NCBI RefSeq assembly: GCF_009914755.1
Contig: NC_060940.1
DNA: 64,000 nt
DNA from: the human T2T-CHM13v2.0 reference genome, Homo sapiens
Direction: 5' to 3' (one strand)
Part shown: positions 13,166 through 25,380 of the stretch, one piece after another
How the letters are laid out: every line of letters begins with the position of its first letter
Numbering within the stretch: the stretch's first letter is position 1
Made by a program: the position numbers and the translations under genes
The notes under the pieces: generated by a model
What the model saw: only the letters and a program-made list of their open reading frames with translations
The model's database searches: none
What the model was told of the DNA's origin: nothing

Positions 13166-13934
13166 CAGGGGTGACCACCAGGGCTTACCCTCAAGAGAGG
13201 GACGCTGGGCGATTTGGCCTTGGAAACCACATTATCTTGCTAATCTGCTAGACAATGGGAAGAAAGCACTTGGCAAAATGTAAGGTAGTTCATGTAAAGC
13301 CCAGCACTTCGTTTCAAAAGTAAACTGACAGGCAGAAAGTGGGCGACGTCACTTGTTAGGGGTTCGGGTGAATGAGGCCTCGGCTGCTCCAAGCTGGGCA
13401 AGAGCCGGCAGTGACCTCTCCTTGCCCGAGCTAATGTCACTTCCAAGACTTGAAGAGACGGGGGCTGTGGGAGGCCAGGGCGGAGCACCCATGCGCAGAC
13501 ACGGTCCTGTGGTCTTGCACTTTAAGGAGGTTGTTTACAGGCCAAAGAACGTCCCATAACCAGGGACGGCAATGGAGAAGGAGCTGAGGAAGCCAGGGTG
13601 GGGGTGGGGAGAGTCTGCCAGAGCAGTTCAGACCCAGGGGACCGTGAGAGTGGGCTGCAAATCAGCACGTGAAGTCTGATGACAGATGGGAAAGGGCTTG
13701 GTCCAGTGGGGTAGAAGTTAAGAGATTTCAGCTCAACACAGGAAGCAATTGTAACAGTCACAGGCTGACGGCAGCCAGCCGGGTGGGAAGGAGTGAGCTC
13801 TGGAGTGGGAAGGGAGACCCAGGGACCCTCTCTCCCCACACCCTTAGGGAGCACCTGCTTCGGGCAAGCCCTGAGCTGGGCGCAGTGGAGGACAGTTCCT
13901 GAAGGGCCTTTGCCTGGTGGGGGATTGGCTCACC

Positions 13935-14158
13935 CTGGGTTTCTCAACCTTGGGACTGTTGACATTTGGGGTTGGCTGATTCATTGGTTTGGAGGCTGTT
14001 CTGTCTGCTGGAGGGTGTTGAGAAGCATCCCTGGCCTCTACCCACCAGGTGCCAGCAGCGCTGTGACCCCCAGTTGTGTCAATCAAAAATGTCTGCAGAC
14101 ACTGGTTGCTAACTATGCCCTGGGGGACAACCCCCACTCCCCCTTTGAGAGCCACTGG
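13935..14158 (+). mobile_element. MER20 (hAT-Charlie)
   Basis: ggtttctcaaccttgggactgttgacatttgggg...agcatccctggcctctacccacca...caaaaatgtctgcagaca...tgagagccactg. Confidence 0.85.
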
Positions 14159-14167
14159 TTTGGAACA

Positions 14168-14355
14168 AAGGATCTCTACCTTGGCTGCGCACTGGAAGCC
14201 CCCAGGGAGCTTTAGAAACTACCAATGGCTGGGTCCATGCCCAGAGGTGTGATGTCATTGGTCTGGGGGCAGGCCCACGCAAGGGGGGGAGGGGGCGCTG
14301 TGGTTTAAAAGCACCCAGGTGGTTCTAATCTGTTGCGAGGGGTTCGAGACCCCCT
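14168..14355. mobile_element. MER5A-like
   Basis: ccttggctgcgcactggaagccccagggagcttt...tttaaaagcacccaggtggttctaat. Confidence 0.7.
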
Positions 14356-15793
14356 GGTGTACATGGTTGTTTCTCAAACTTGACTTGTCATAAGAATCGC
14401 CTGGGTAGTGGCTCAAATGAAAGCCCCCACCCCTTTAATTAGGATCACCTGGAATTCTCAGGCTGCAGTCGGTGGGCTGGGATAGCCATAATCCCCGTGC
14501 TGCGTGAAGCTCCAGGATTCAGAGCTGAGAGGCCTGGCCAGCCAGCCTCACTAGATCTCCTGCAGCTCCCCTATTCCATCCCCGCGGCTGGGCCCCCTCC
14601 TCACCTCCCCTCCTCCCGGACCTTCTCCCAGCCCTCACCCCTCCCCAGCTCCTGAGAGCGGCAGGCAGCCCTGCCCCTCCTTCCTGCTCTCCTCCCAGCC
14701 CATGGCTCTCAGCGCAGCTTGATTTAGTAGGCGGTGGAGGAGAAAGGCAGCTTGAAGAGTCACTTAGAGCCTCGGTGCTCACAGCACTTATCTGGAAAGG
14801 AGAGGCCAGCAGGCCCCCGGGGAGTGGGGCGCGAGGCTGAGCACACCTCCCCACAGGGGCAGGGAGGCTGTGCTCTGCAGGGCTGTGGGCACCGGAGCTA
14901 CACACACCCTCTGTCCCCAGCACCCAGTCTCGGGTCTGCCCCTCCTTGCCAGAGCACACGGTGTCAGGAGGTCCCCCTGCAGTCTCCTCCTGGGGGATGG
15001 GCTCAGCTCCTTAAAGCCCTAGGTCAGGGAGCTCAGAGACCCCTGGGTTAGAAGCGATGTCAGGTCGTCTGGTAGGGAGGTGTCCTGTGGCCGCCACCTG
15101 GCTTTTGCTGGGCAGGAGGGGGCCCTCCACCCTCCCTACCCTCAGCTTGTTGGTTGGTTGCCTGCCCTCCTCTCCTGGTGCCTGTCTTCCTTCTCCCCCT
15201 CCTCCCTGATGAAAAATACAAAAGAAAATGCGCCAGTGCCCAGGTCTGGGGAGCCCCAGCCCTGGGGATGGAGAAATGAAAAGCGGCCCCAATTAGAGGC
15301 TTTGGTTCTGCAAACTTGATGCTCGGCACTTGAACTGTCACGGCGGAGCCTTAATTAGCAGCGGCGGGGAGAGGTCAGGACAACTCAGCAGTCTTGACAA
15401 GCGCGTTATCAAGTGCAGGGGAGCGGAGGCTGCCCGGGGAGCGCGGGCGGGGGAGGGCGGCGGGGGCGCCGCGGCGCGGGAGGGAGGCGGGAGGCGGCGC
15501 CGGCCGGGCGGGGGACGAGGTGGTGGCTGCGAGGCAGCCGCGCCGCCACGGCTGGCGGTGCGTGAAGCCGGGGGCGCGGGGCCGGGGGGCGGCGTGAGCG
15601 GCTGCGGGGCCCCCAGGCGCCCCGGCCCCTCCCCGGGCTCCACGCCGCGGGCAGGGCGCACCGCGCAGGGACGCCCCGGCTGCTCCGTGCCGCCCCGCAG
15701 AATCCCGGGGCTCCATCCCCGTCTCCCCCGCCCCCTCCGGGCCCGTCTTCTGCCGCCCCGTGACGCCCCTACTGCTCGCCTCCGCCGCGGGCC

Positions 15794-15814
15794 ATGCTGG
15801 GCAGCCCCTCCTAG
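15794..15814 (+). promoter_or_regulatory. upstream ORF (MLGSPS*) in the putative 5' UTR
   Basis: gccATGCTGGGCAGCCCCTCCTAG, G at -3, 57 nt upstream of the 15851 ATG and in frame with it. Confidence 0.6.
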
Positions 15815-15850
15815 AGGCCCCGGGTCCCGCGGCCCGGGGGGCGGCGCAGG

Positions 15851-15893
15851 ATGCTGGGCATGAAGACCTGGTCGTCTCTGCTCCAGAACCTCA
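15851..15893 (+). CDS. GSE1: Coding part of a first exon, MLGMKTWSSLLQNL + 1 nt (phase 1); probable alternative N-terminal exon of GSE1
   Basis: Seen: ATG at 15851 (cgcaggATGc, A at -3), 14 codons plus A, then GTAAGT at 15894-15899, inside a CpG island. Recalled: GSE1 isoforms use short first exons spliced in phase 1 onto a common exon (MK-G-MSHEPK..., MFGLKPPLYYLP-G-MSHEPK...), which here would give ...QNL-S-MSHEPK. The gene name is an inference; no downstream coding exon is visible in the window. Confidence 0.5.
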
Positions 15894-18339
15894 GTAAGTG
15901 CCCAGCTCACCGCCCCGTGGACGGGAGGGTGGGGGGTCCGGGATGGAACTTTCTGGGGCGCGCCACCCACCAGGGGCTGGAACCTGGCCCCGCACTCACC
16001 CAGCCTCGCCCTCCAGCCCCATCACCTTCAGGCCACGCACGTGCTCCCCAGCGCCGCCTCCTCATGCTGTCAACTCAGAAGAGAAGCCCTGGGTTGGTTT
16101 CCTCAAGTAGAAAACCCTTGACCCCCGCGGTCTGGCTGTGCCTGGGCCAACTCTAGGCAGCCGGGGGAGGCTGCCCTCAGACCCCGTGTAGGGAAGTGGC
16201 CGGCGGGCACCGGGCTTGCTGCACCGCAGGGCTCTGCCTTAGCCTGGCCATGCGGCTCCTGGAGGTGGGTCCAACCCTGGCAGGGCCCCTCGTGCCTGCA
16301 GTGACCCGGGAGGTGGGAAATGGGGCTGCTTGTGTGTGGACTTCGTGCCCTCTTGCTTGCACAGGTGGGACCTGGGGTGGGTTGTGGGACTGGAACTCTC
16401 AACCTACCCCTCCCCAAACTGCCCGATCACCTCCCTGGCCCCATCAGCTCTCTGGGGAGAACTCCTGGCATCAAGGCCTCGCATCACTGGCACAGTTAGG
16501 CAGCGAGAGGGTAAGAGTCACAGAGCCCGCCGAGGGTGGGGAGCGCCATGAGTCCCATCGGAGAGAGGGTGAGCGGGACTCTGAGGCCTGGGGCAGTGCC
16601 ACAGGTGCGGGTGTGAAGCTGGCGGTGGGCCACTGAGGTCCTCAGGCTGAGGGGCGGCCAGAGTGAGGGATGGAGAGAAGCCTTCCATGAACAGCAACTC
16701 AGGCTACCAAGGTCCCTTTGGGGTGGCTCCAGTGACAGAGAATGGGCGGGGACGCTGGTCTCAGGACTGCTTCTTCCCATCCTGACCTTCGGGCCCCTTA
16801 CCTGCGGGCCTTTTCTTCCAGGTGAGCCAGGCCAGCAGCGGGGGGACGACGCCATCCCCCATGCCTGGCCCCTCCTGGCTGCCTCGCCTGCCCGCCCACC
16901 CCTCCTCTCTCTGTGTGCACCTCTCTGCCTGTTTGAACTGCAGCTTTTAAAGCTTTTTGCCTTTTGAAAACTCAGGGGGAGAAAGAGTCATTTGTGGAGA
17001 GGTCGCGAACGGTTGATGATTATAGTCCAGTGGGTAGAAAGAGCTTAAAACAAATCCCTGTCCATCAGATGTCGGCTTAGGTGGTTTCCAGCGCTCTCCT
17101 GGGGGGCCGGGGTGGGGGGCAGCCGCTTAGAGAAAAGGGGAGGCTTTTTTCCTTGAAGCTAAGTGAACCTGCAAAACTCTCTTCTTATTTGGGTGTTTGA
17201 TCACGGCTCCCCTCTGCCTGGCTTCCTCTGATCGCCCTTCCTCCGGGTGCCCGGCTGGTGGAGGAGGGCCTCGGCAGCCCCCAGACGGCCTCACCAGCTG
17301 TGTGACCTTGGCCTGGTCATGCGGTGTCTGGGAGTCTCTGTTTCCCCCCAGGGGTGATGGTCATGCCGGTTGCACAGGGTACTCACGAAGCCTCGGGAAT
17401 GTGCCACCATCTCCCGGGCGGAGGGTATACCTGGCCTGCAGGGTGTGGTGGTTGGATCCTGTGCTGCTCCTCCTCTGCCACACCAACTCCCCTGTCCAGG
17501 TGCAGAGGCCACCTGCGTGGAGCTGGAAGGGCCCTCACTTTGTTTCCAAAGGCCAGCTAGTGAGGCCGGGAGGAGGATGCCGGCTGGAGAGGCCTGTGTT
17601 AAGTGCTGGGTTGACTGCCCACAGGGGCTGGTAGGGGCCCCTTGCAGACAGAATGGGCCCTCCCTATGTCCTTTACCTGTGGTCACGCCTCAGTCCTCAT
17701 GGCAGCATCAGGGGGAGGGCACTGGCTTCGTGCCCTCTCGTTTTTGCAGGTGAGGAAACAGTGTGCTCGTTTTTCAGGGTCACACAGCTAGTGAGGTGCA
17801 GACGGGAGAGGCTGGTGGGAGCCTGGGCAGTCCCACTCAGGGTCACGCCCCCAGCCAGCCATCTGTGGCCACTGGCATCTCTTCCTTCAGCTCCAGAAAG
17901 ATCCGGTCACTCCGATATCCAGGAGTGTGGGACGGCCCCTGGTTCCCGGCTGCATGCAGCGGTTGGGTGGGAATCCTGGGCTCCTCCATGGGCTGCCCCC
18001 GCCCACCTGGAGCTCCTGCCTCCCCAGCTCTCCTGCCAACCGAATCTCATGGTGCTTCTGTGCCACGCCCTGGCCCTTCGCATCTCTGCTTGGTGCCTGG
18101 GCTGTAAGGGAAGCATGTAATAGAACCATGAACAGCGCCAGGCCTGGGCTCCCATCTGGGTTCTCCTTCATTACTGCTGTGTGACTTGGGGCAAGTGACC
18201 TCACCTCTCTGTGCCACATTCTCCCATTCGTTCCATGGGGATGGCAGGACTGCCCTGCTAGGGGTAAGTGCATCAGTCCAGTTAATGACTGCACACTGTC
18301 AGTGTCATAAATGTCAGCTGCTATTTTTTCTTCCACCTG

Positions 18340-18620
18340 GAAGTCCCTTCCTGCCTCTCCCTACCGTCTCCCCATACTTCAAGGCCTAGCTTAAATGCCA
18401 CCTCCTCCAAGAAGCCTTCCAGACTCCACCCAGCCATAAGTCATCTCTCCTGCCTCCTCATGGTCTATGTTGTTGTTTTTCTCAGTGGAATTCATACATT
18501 TGTACCTATTTTCTCTCCCTATCAGACAGACGTTCCTCAAGGGAAGATCCTTTACACTCTGATCTCAGAATCTTCCAAGCTACTGAGTATGTAGTAGGTG
18601 CCCAATAAATGTTTGTCATA
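18340..18620 (+). mobile_element. L2 3' fragment
   Basis: ttcaaggcctagcttaaatgccacctcctccaagaagccttcc...gtaggtgcccaataaatgtttg. Confidence 0.75.
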
Positions 18621-19545
18621 TGACTAGAGAGTAACCATTTTTCTTGCCAGACCAATGAGTGGCTTCACTTCCCAGCTATTCAGTGAGCACTTTGTTCTAA
18701 TGATTAGTGGAGTCACATCCGAAGTCAGTCTGTACTTTGGGATGCCTTAAAATTGTTTCCAAGTCCTGTGGGTGGATGAGCTCATTGGCAGGGGTGTGGA
18801 CCCAGCCTAAGAGCTTAGCTTTTCCTTTGGGGCCCAGAGGGCAGGTTCACATCTCAGTGACAGCAGCCGGCTGTGGGAATGTGAGAACACGGGCACTTTG
18901 AGTGGAACACGTGGTCAGTGTTGAAAGGACAAGGGCGGCTCATCCCCAAAGCCAGGTCGTGGTAACCTGGCTGCCTGCCAGCTGACCTGCTCTGCCAGGG
19001 CCCAGGCTCTGGTAGCCAGGAGTGCTCTCATTGTGCTTGGAAATTAAGGGCTATGGAGCAGTTGCCACGCAGGCGTGGTGATGTGATTACTCCCCAAGGA
19101 GGAGTGGCCCCCAGGACCCCCTGGGGAGTGGGCAGGGGCTGTGTGAACCCTGCGGATCCCTGTCATGGCTGCCAGCGCCCGTGGGCCCAGGCCAGGCTCT
19201 GCCCCTGAGATTTCATGGCCTCAGAGGGGCCCTCCTGGCGCACACTGGCAGCTGAGCTCGTCGGTCCTGAGGAGTTAGCAGCCCTGGGAGGTGAGGATGG
19301 CATTTGGGTGCCTTATAGATAGGGCCAGGTGGCCATGCCTTTGGCATTCTTGAAGACTCACTGCGGGTGGCAATGACGGTGGTATCATTTGTGCTTTTGT
19401 CTTCCAGTAAGGAAAGCGTGCAGAGTTTCCAGGTTTGCAAATTAAAAAAAAAAAGAAATATATATAGAGAGAGAGAGAGAGGGAGAGAGGGAGAGAGAGG
19501 GAGAGCGCACAAGAGAGCAAGAGAGAGAAAGGAAGGGAGGAAGAT

Positions 19546-19832
19546 GGCTGAACGCAGTGGCTCATACCTGTAATCCCAGCACTTTGGGAGGCCAAGGCAG
19601 GCAGATCACTTGGGGTGAGGAGTTCGAGACCAGCCTGGCTGAAATGGCGAAGCCTCATCTCTACTGAAAATATAAAAATTAGCCAGGCGTGGTGGCAGGC
19701 CCCTGTAATCCCAGTTACTTGATAGGGTTAGGCAAGAGAATCATCTGAACCCCAGAGGCTCAGGTTGTAGTGAGCTGAGATAGCGCCACTGCACTGCAGC
19801 CTGGGCGACTCCATCTTAAAAATAAATAAAAA
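19546..19832 (+). mobile_element. Alu
   Basis: Full-length sense Alu, preceded by an A/(TA)/(GA) simple repeat at ~19443-19540. Confidence 0.93.
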
Positions 19833-20109
19833 GGAAGAGGCCAGGTAGGAAGTGGGGCAGGGTAGGCGGTAGATGGCCTGGGCCCTGGCCTCCAGCAGCT
19901 GGGCGAGCATGCAGACCTCTGCTGGATGGTGTGGGCACCCGCGTCTTCACCCTTGCCTGACTGAACCATAAGGAGCGAGGGGCCGGAGCGAGCCAGCCTG
20001 GGTTCGCATCCTGCTGCTGCCTCTTACGGGTTGTGCGCAAGACACTTGGCCTCTCTGTGCCTCAGTTTCCTCATCTCTAAAAGGGGAAATAAATATGGTG
20101 GCACCTGTC

Positions 20110-20590
20110 TTGTTCCAGCCAGCTATTGCTATGTAACAAACTACCCCAAGACATTGGCGTAAAACAAGAACACAAATTTTGTTTGCTGGTGAATCTGGGG
20201 GTGCAGCTAGCAGCTCTCGCCTGGGATCTCATGTTGTTGTATTAGACGGGGGCTGGGTTGGGGAGCATCTTGCCGATTCCCTACTTGTGCCTGGTGTTTG
20301 TGCTGGGAAGACTCAAATGGGTGGGGTGAGAATGCTGGGTTGGTTTCATCCCCCCATCTCTCAACCTGGTGGCTGGACATCTTACTTGGCTCCCAGAGCC
20401 AGTGTCCCAAGAGAGGCCAGTAGAAGCTGTGTGGCCTTTCCTGACCTAGCCAAAGGGATCACGCAGCATCACTTCTATGGTGGTAGCCACCAAAGGCTGC
20501 CCGGGTTCAAGGGGAAGGTACGGAGATACCCCCTCCAGATGGGAAGAGTGTCAAAGAATTTGTGGATGTTTTTCAGGACTGCCACATACC
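20110..20590 (-). mobile_element. Old MLT1-type LTR
   Basis: cagctattgctatgtaacaaactaccccaa... is typical of older MLT1 termini. Confidence 0.6.
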
Positions 20591-21079
20591 TGCTAGGGGT
20601 GTTGGAGTTGACAGTTGATTCGTGTGAAGTGTGCTTACAGCATAGGGAGAACTTAGTGAATGTTAGCACATCTCTGAGCTGGGACCTGAGACATCGTCTG
20701 CATCGAAAGCTACACAGAGGGACAGAAGAGAATGGGGCGTGGGAGGGGTCAGGGGTTGCAGACTTGCCTTCTCTCGAGCCAGTGAGGGCTCCTTCTCTGC
20801 CCATCCCTCACTGTGTCCCTGGAGTGACCCCCTGGCCTCCTCCCAAGAGCCACAGCCCACCTCAGCCTTGACAGAGGTCCCGATGGGAGATGGATTCCCA
20901 CCTTTTGGGTCTCAGGTGTTTCTGTACTTGGGGTTCCTTGAACCACAAGAAGGTGGGAAAGCCCTAGAGGAACAGGGAATATTCGAGAACCTTGGGCAAG
21001 GTATGAAGCTCTCAGAGCCTCAGCCTCCCTAACTCCTTGAAGGGCTGGACCAGCTTCTTCTTGTAGGGCCCTTCTTTCC

Positions 21080-21388
21080 TTTTTTTTTTTTTTTTTTTTT
21101 TGAGGTGGGGTCTCACTCTGTCACCCAGGCTGGAGTGCGGTGACGCGACCTTAACTCACTGCAACCTCCACCTCCTGGGTTCAAGTGATTATTCTGCCTC
21201 AGCCTCCTGAGTAGCTGACATTACAGGTGAGTGCCACCATGCCCAGCTAGTTTTTGTATTCTTAGTAGAGATAGGGTTTTCACCATGTTGGCCAGGCTGG
21301 TCTTGAACTCCTGACCTCCTGTGATCCACCAGCCCCCCTCAGCCTCCCAAAGTGCTGGGATTACAGGTGTGAGACACCACACCCAGCC
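21080..21388 (-). mobile_element. Alu (AluS-type)
   Basis: Poly-T plus Alu body; TSD gtagggcccttct on both sides. Confidence 0.95.
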
Positions 21389-21596
21389 CTCGTAGGGCCC
21401 TTCTGTGCCTGTGCCACCCAGAGATGTCATCTTGGAGAGCTTTGAGAACAGGAGGGCCATGTCTCTCCCCTCCCTGCCTGGAGCCACGCAGAACAGATGT
21501 TGGCAAGAGTGGCTGCCTTTCCCCATCTCCTGATGTCTAAGAGTATGAGCTGGAAGAAGAATAGCTAATCTTAGTGTGCTGATGGCATCGACCATC

Positions 21597-22322
<726 letters not shown>

Positions 22323-24167
22323 CATCACCTTTTCCCCACCTTACATGTTTTAAAAATGTGTGATGGTTAAAAATTCTGTCTAGTGTTCCTTGTGGACTCT
22401 GAGGCCCCCAGTACTGTGGGGCATAGCTTTGGGGACCTGGGTCCTGCTGCTCCCTGAGGCTGGAAAGTCACTTTCCCTCTCTTGTCCCCAGTTCAGGTGG
22501 GAGAAATCAGCCAGGCTGACTGGAGGAAGGTCATTTTCCCGTCTGAAATGCGCCTTGCAAAAATCCAGCCTTTTCCCCAGCAGCTGCTGAAGCGGGTCCC
22601 CTAACCTCAGAGGATTAGGGACACCACGAGTGGGAGGCAAGGTGGGAGGGGGAGCCAGGGCCCTTGGCCCGTCAGAGTCCCCGACCAGGCACGGGGTACC
22701 CCAGGACCCCATCCTCACTGTGGTTCCCCGCAGTGGCAACCGTGGAAATGGAGGGCTGCTCCCACTCACCCCAGGCCCTCAGGCATCTCAATGCCACCCT
22801 CTCCACTGCCCAGAGGCCCCTCCCTGGGATGTGCTCACTCTGAGGGTGAGGGCCACGCTCCAGGGTGCGGGAGCCCCCATCCATGTTCCGCTTTTTATCA
22901 CCTCCCACCCCTCTAGAAAGTCGGCAGCTCGAGCCAGCTGGGCTGTTCATGCTGTGCCCACGGCACCCAGAACTTGCTGGAACAAGGAGGTGCCTGAATC
23001 CTCGGTTGATGTGAGAGGGCACCTGGGGCCAGCCAGCGGGGGTCTTCCCACTGACTTGGAGTGCCTCTGTGGGGCTCGGCGCCCCTCAGTGATCCAGCCG
23101 CAGCCAGACTAAGCTCAGCACACCACTGGGCAGAGCTGGGGCTCAGGCCTGGAGAAGTCAGGACTTGCCCGAGGCCCCGGACGCAGAGCTGGGATCCGTG
23201 TCTCTTTCCCGAGTGACATGGCCCCTTGGGGTCCCCTTCATGCCCGGCCACTGCACCTGGGATGCTCTATGTGTGACTTCTTGGGTGCCCCTTGTTGGGG
23301 TGCTAAACTCATCTCCCTGGTAACCTTCACCCGATGGGGCCAGATTCCTTCCCAATGCAATTGCTCTGCACCTCAAGGGAGCTTGGGGTCTGGGAGGGTT
23401 GTATGGGTGCCCCGGGAAGGGCTGCACCTTGTGGGTCTCCTCCACAGGGGTGAGCAGGTGCGCTTGCAGCCATCGGGCTGCCCAGGAGAGCCAGCCCCCG
23501 CCCCCTGCCCACTTCCCTTACCCCCACAGCTGCTGGGGTGGAGAAACGCTGTGACCCAGTCAGTGTTTCTTTTAATGAGCGGCGATTAAAACAGTGTAAC
23601 CGTGGCAGTTTGGTAGCTTCTTTAGGAGGAAGCAGAGAGCCCAAACAGAACCTGAAAAAAATACAAAGATAAAATAAAACCCAGTGAATTTTTAATAGTG
23701 ATTATCTCCTGACACATAGCGCGTTGCCATCTGGCAGACACGCGGCCCACTGAAGCTTGGTGCTGGTGGGGAGGAGGGCGCTGGGGGCTCCTACTGCCAC
23801 CCCAGAGCAGGAGGTGCCAGGCATTCTCTCCATGGACGCCTCTGTGGCATGTCCTTGAGCCCAGCCACGTGAGAGGTGCACGGCTCGGTCCTCCCCCATT
23901 CGCCCTGGGTGCTCTCAGCCCGACCCCTGCCCAGAGACGCCCAGTCCCTGCTGCCCTGAAGAAGAGGCTGGGCTCTCAGCATTTCTGGTGGGGGCAGGTC
24001 CCCAGCTCCAGGGGTGGCTGAGTGTAGGGATCTGCCAGTCCCAATGCCACCTTATTTCATGTGAGGATTTCGTAGCTCCAACCTCATTTAGTCACAGTTT
24101 AAGATGAAGATAGTAAATGTTGGTTGCATGGTACCATAGGTCAGGCTCATAGGCCTTTCAGCCCACA

Positions 24168-24645
24168 TTTATTTAGTTTTCTTTCTTTATTACTTGTTGA
24201 GGCAAAGTCTCACTCCATCACCCAGGCTGGAGTGCAGTGGTGAGACCATAGCTCACTGCAGCCTCCATTCCCTGTCTCAGATGATCCTCCTACCTCAGCC
24301 TCCCAGAGTAGCTGGGACTACAGGCACACCACCATGCCCAGATAATTTTTTTGCATTTTTTGTAGACACAGGGTCTCGCTATGTTGCCCAGACTGGTCTT
24401 GAACTCTTGGGCTTAAGCAATCTGCCCTACCAAAGTACAAGGATTACAGACATGAGCCACTGCACCCAGCCCATTTATTTCTTAATTTACTTTTTTCGAT
24501 GATCTCGCTCTGTTGCCCAGGGTGGAGTACAGTGGTGTGATCATAGCTCACTGCAGCCTTGAACTCCTGGGGCCCCAATGATCTTCCCGCCTCAGCCTCC
24601 CGAGCAGCTGGGACTGCAGACACACACTGTCGTGCCTGGCTAAGC
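24168..24645 (-). mobile_element. AluJ-type element plus an adjacent Alu right-arm fragment
   Basis: Diverged antisense Alu (24168-24471) followed by a partial Alu (24480-24645). Confidence 0.85.
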
Positions 24646-24734
24646 CCACATTTGTTAAGTGCCCACTTGTGGCTGGCGCCTGTGGTGGCCCCTCATGGGG
24701 GAAATCTGATGAGTGTTTACACCTTAAGGCACCG

Positions 24735-24932
24735 TAAGACCGTTGAGGTTTGGGGCCAGATACTTCTTTGTCCTGGGAGCTGTCCTGTGCTTTGTAGGTT
24801 GGCCTTGTCCTCTGCTCACGAGATACCAGTAATACTGGTTGTCCCAGTGTGACAACCAGACACCTGCCCAGACATTGCCAGGTGTCTCCTGGGGGATCTC
24901 AGACCATCCAAATGTCCCTGTTGAGAAATCCT
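24735..24932 (+). mobile_element. MER20-like
   Basis: ggggccagatacttctttg...gtgacaaccaga...cagacattgcca...gttgagaa. Confidence 0.7.
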
Positions 24933-24941
24933 TGCTTAAGG

Positions 24942-25380
24942 TGTGTGTATGTTTCCTGGGGCTGCCATGATAAATGACCATAAACTGGGTAGCCTAAAAC
25001 CACAGGAATGTATTATTTGATAGCTCTACAGACCAGGAGTCCAAAATCAAGGTGTGCGCAGGGCTGTGCTCCCTCTGGAGGCCCTGGGGGAGGAAGCTTC
25101 CTGCCTCTTCCAGCCTCTGGTAGCTCCGGGCGTTCCTTGGCTTCTGGCCACACTGCCGTGGTCCCTGCCTTCTCCTCCCGCGGCCTTCTTTCTGAGTGTC
25201 TGTCTTTGTGCTATTCTGTGTCCAAATTTCCTTCTCAGAAGGACAGCTCATTGGCCTTAGGACCCACCTTATTCCCGTGTGGCCTCATCTTACCTAATTA
25301 TATCTGCAAAGGCTCTGTTTACAAATAAGGCCATATTACGGGGTGACCATGCATTATGGGAGGCATAGCGCAGCCCGGCA
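24942..25380 (-). mobile_element. MLT1 LTR
   Basis: gggctgccatgataaatgaccataaactgggtagcctaaaacca...tccaaaatcaaggtgt...atatctgcaaagg...caaataagg. Confidence 0.85.

Larger units (their letters stand above)
15330..16010 (+). promoter_or_regulatory. CpG island / promoter
   Basis: Very high GC and dense CpG (gcgcgggcgggggagggcggcgggggcgccgcggcgcggg...), several GGGCGG GC-boxes, no interspersed repeats, and a first-exon-like ATG and donor at its 3' end. Confidence 0.9.

Noticed and set aside
15894-16156. Continuation of the 101-aa ORF 15851..16156
   Set aside because: It reads through a strong GTAAGT donor and is most simply intron.
17735-17756. Second AG|GT site (tttttgcag|gtgagg)
   Set aside because: Matches the MIR core (ttttacagatgaggaaac), so it is probably coincidental.
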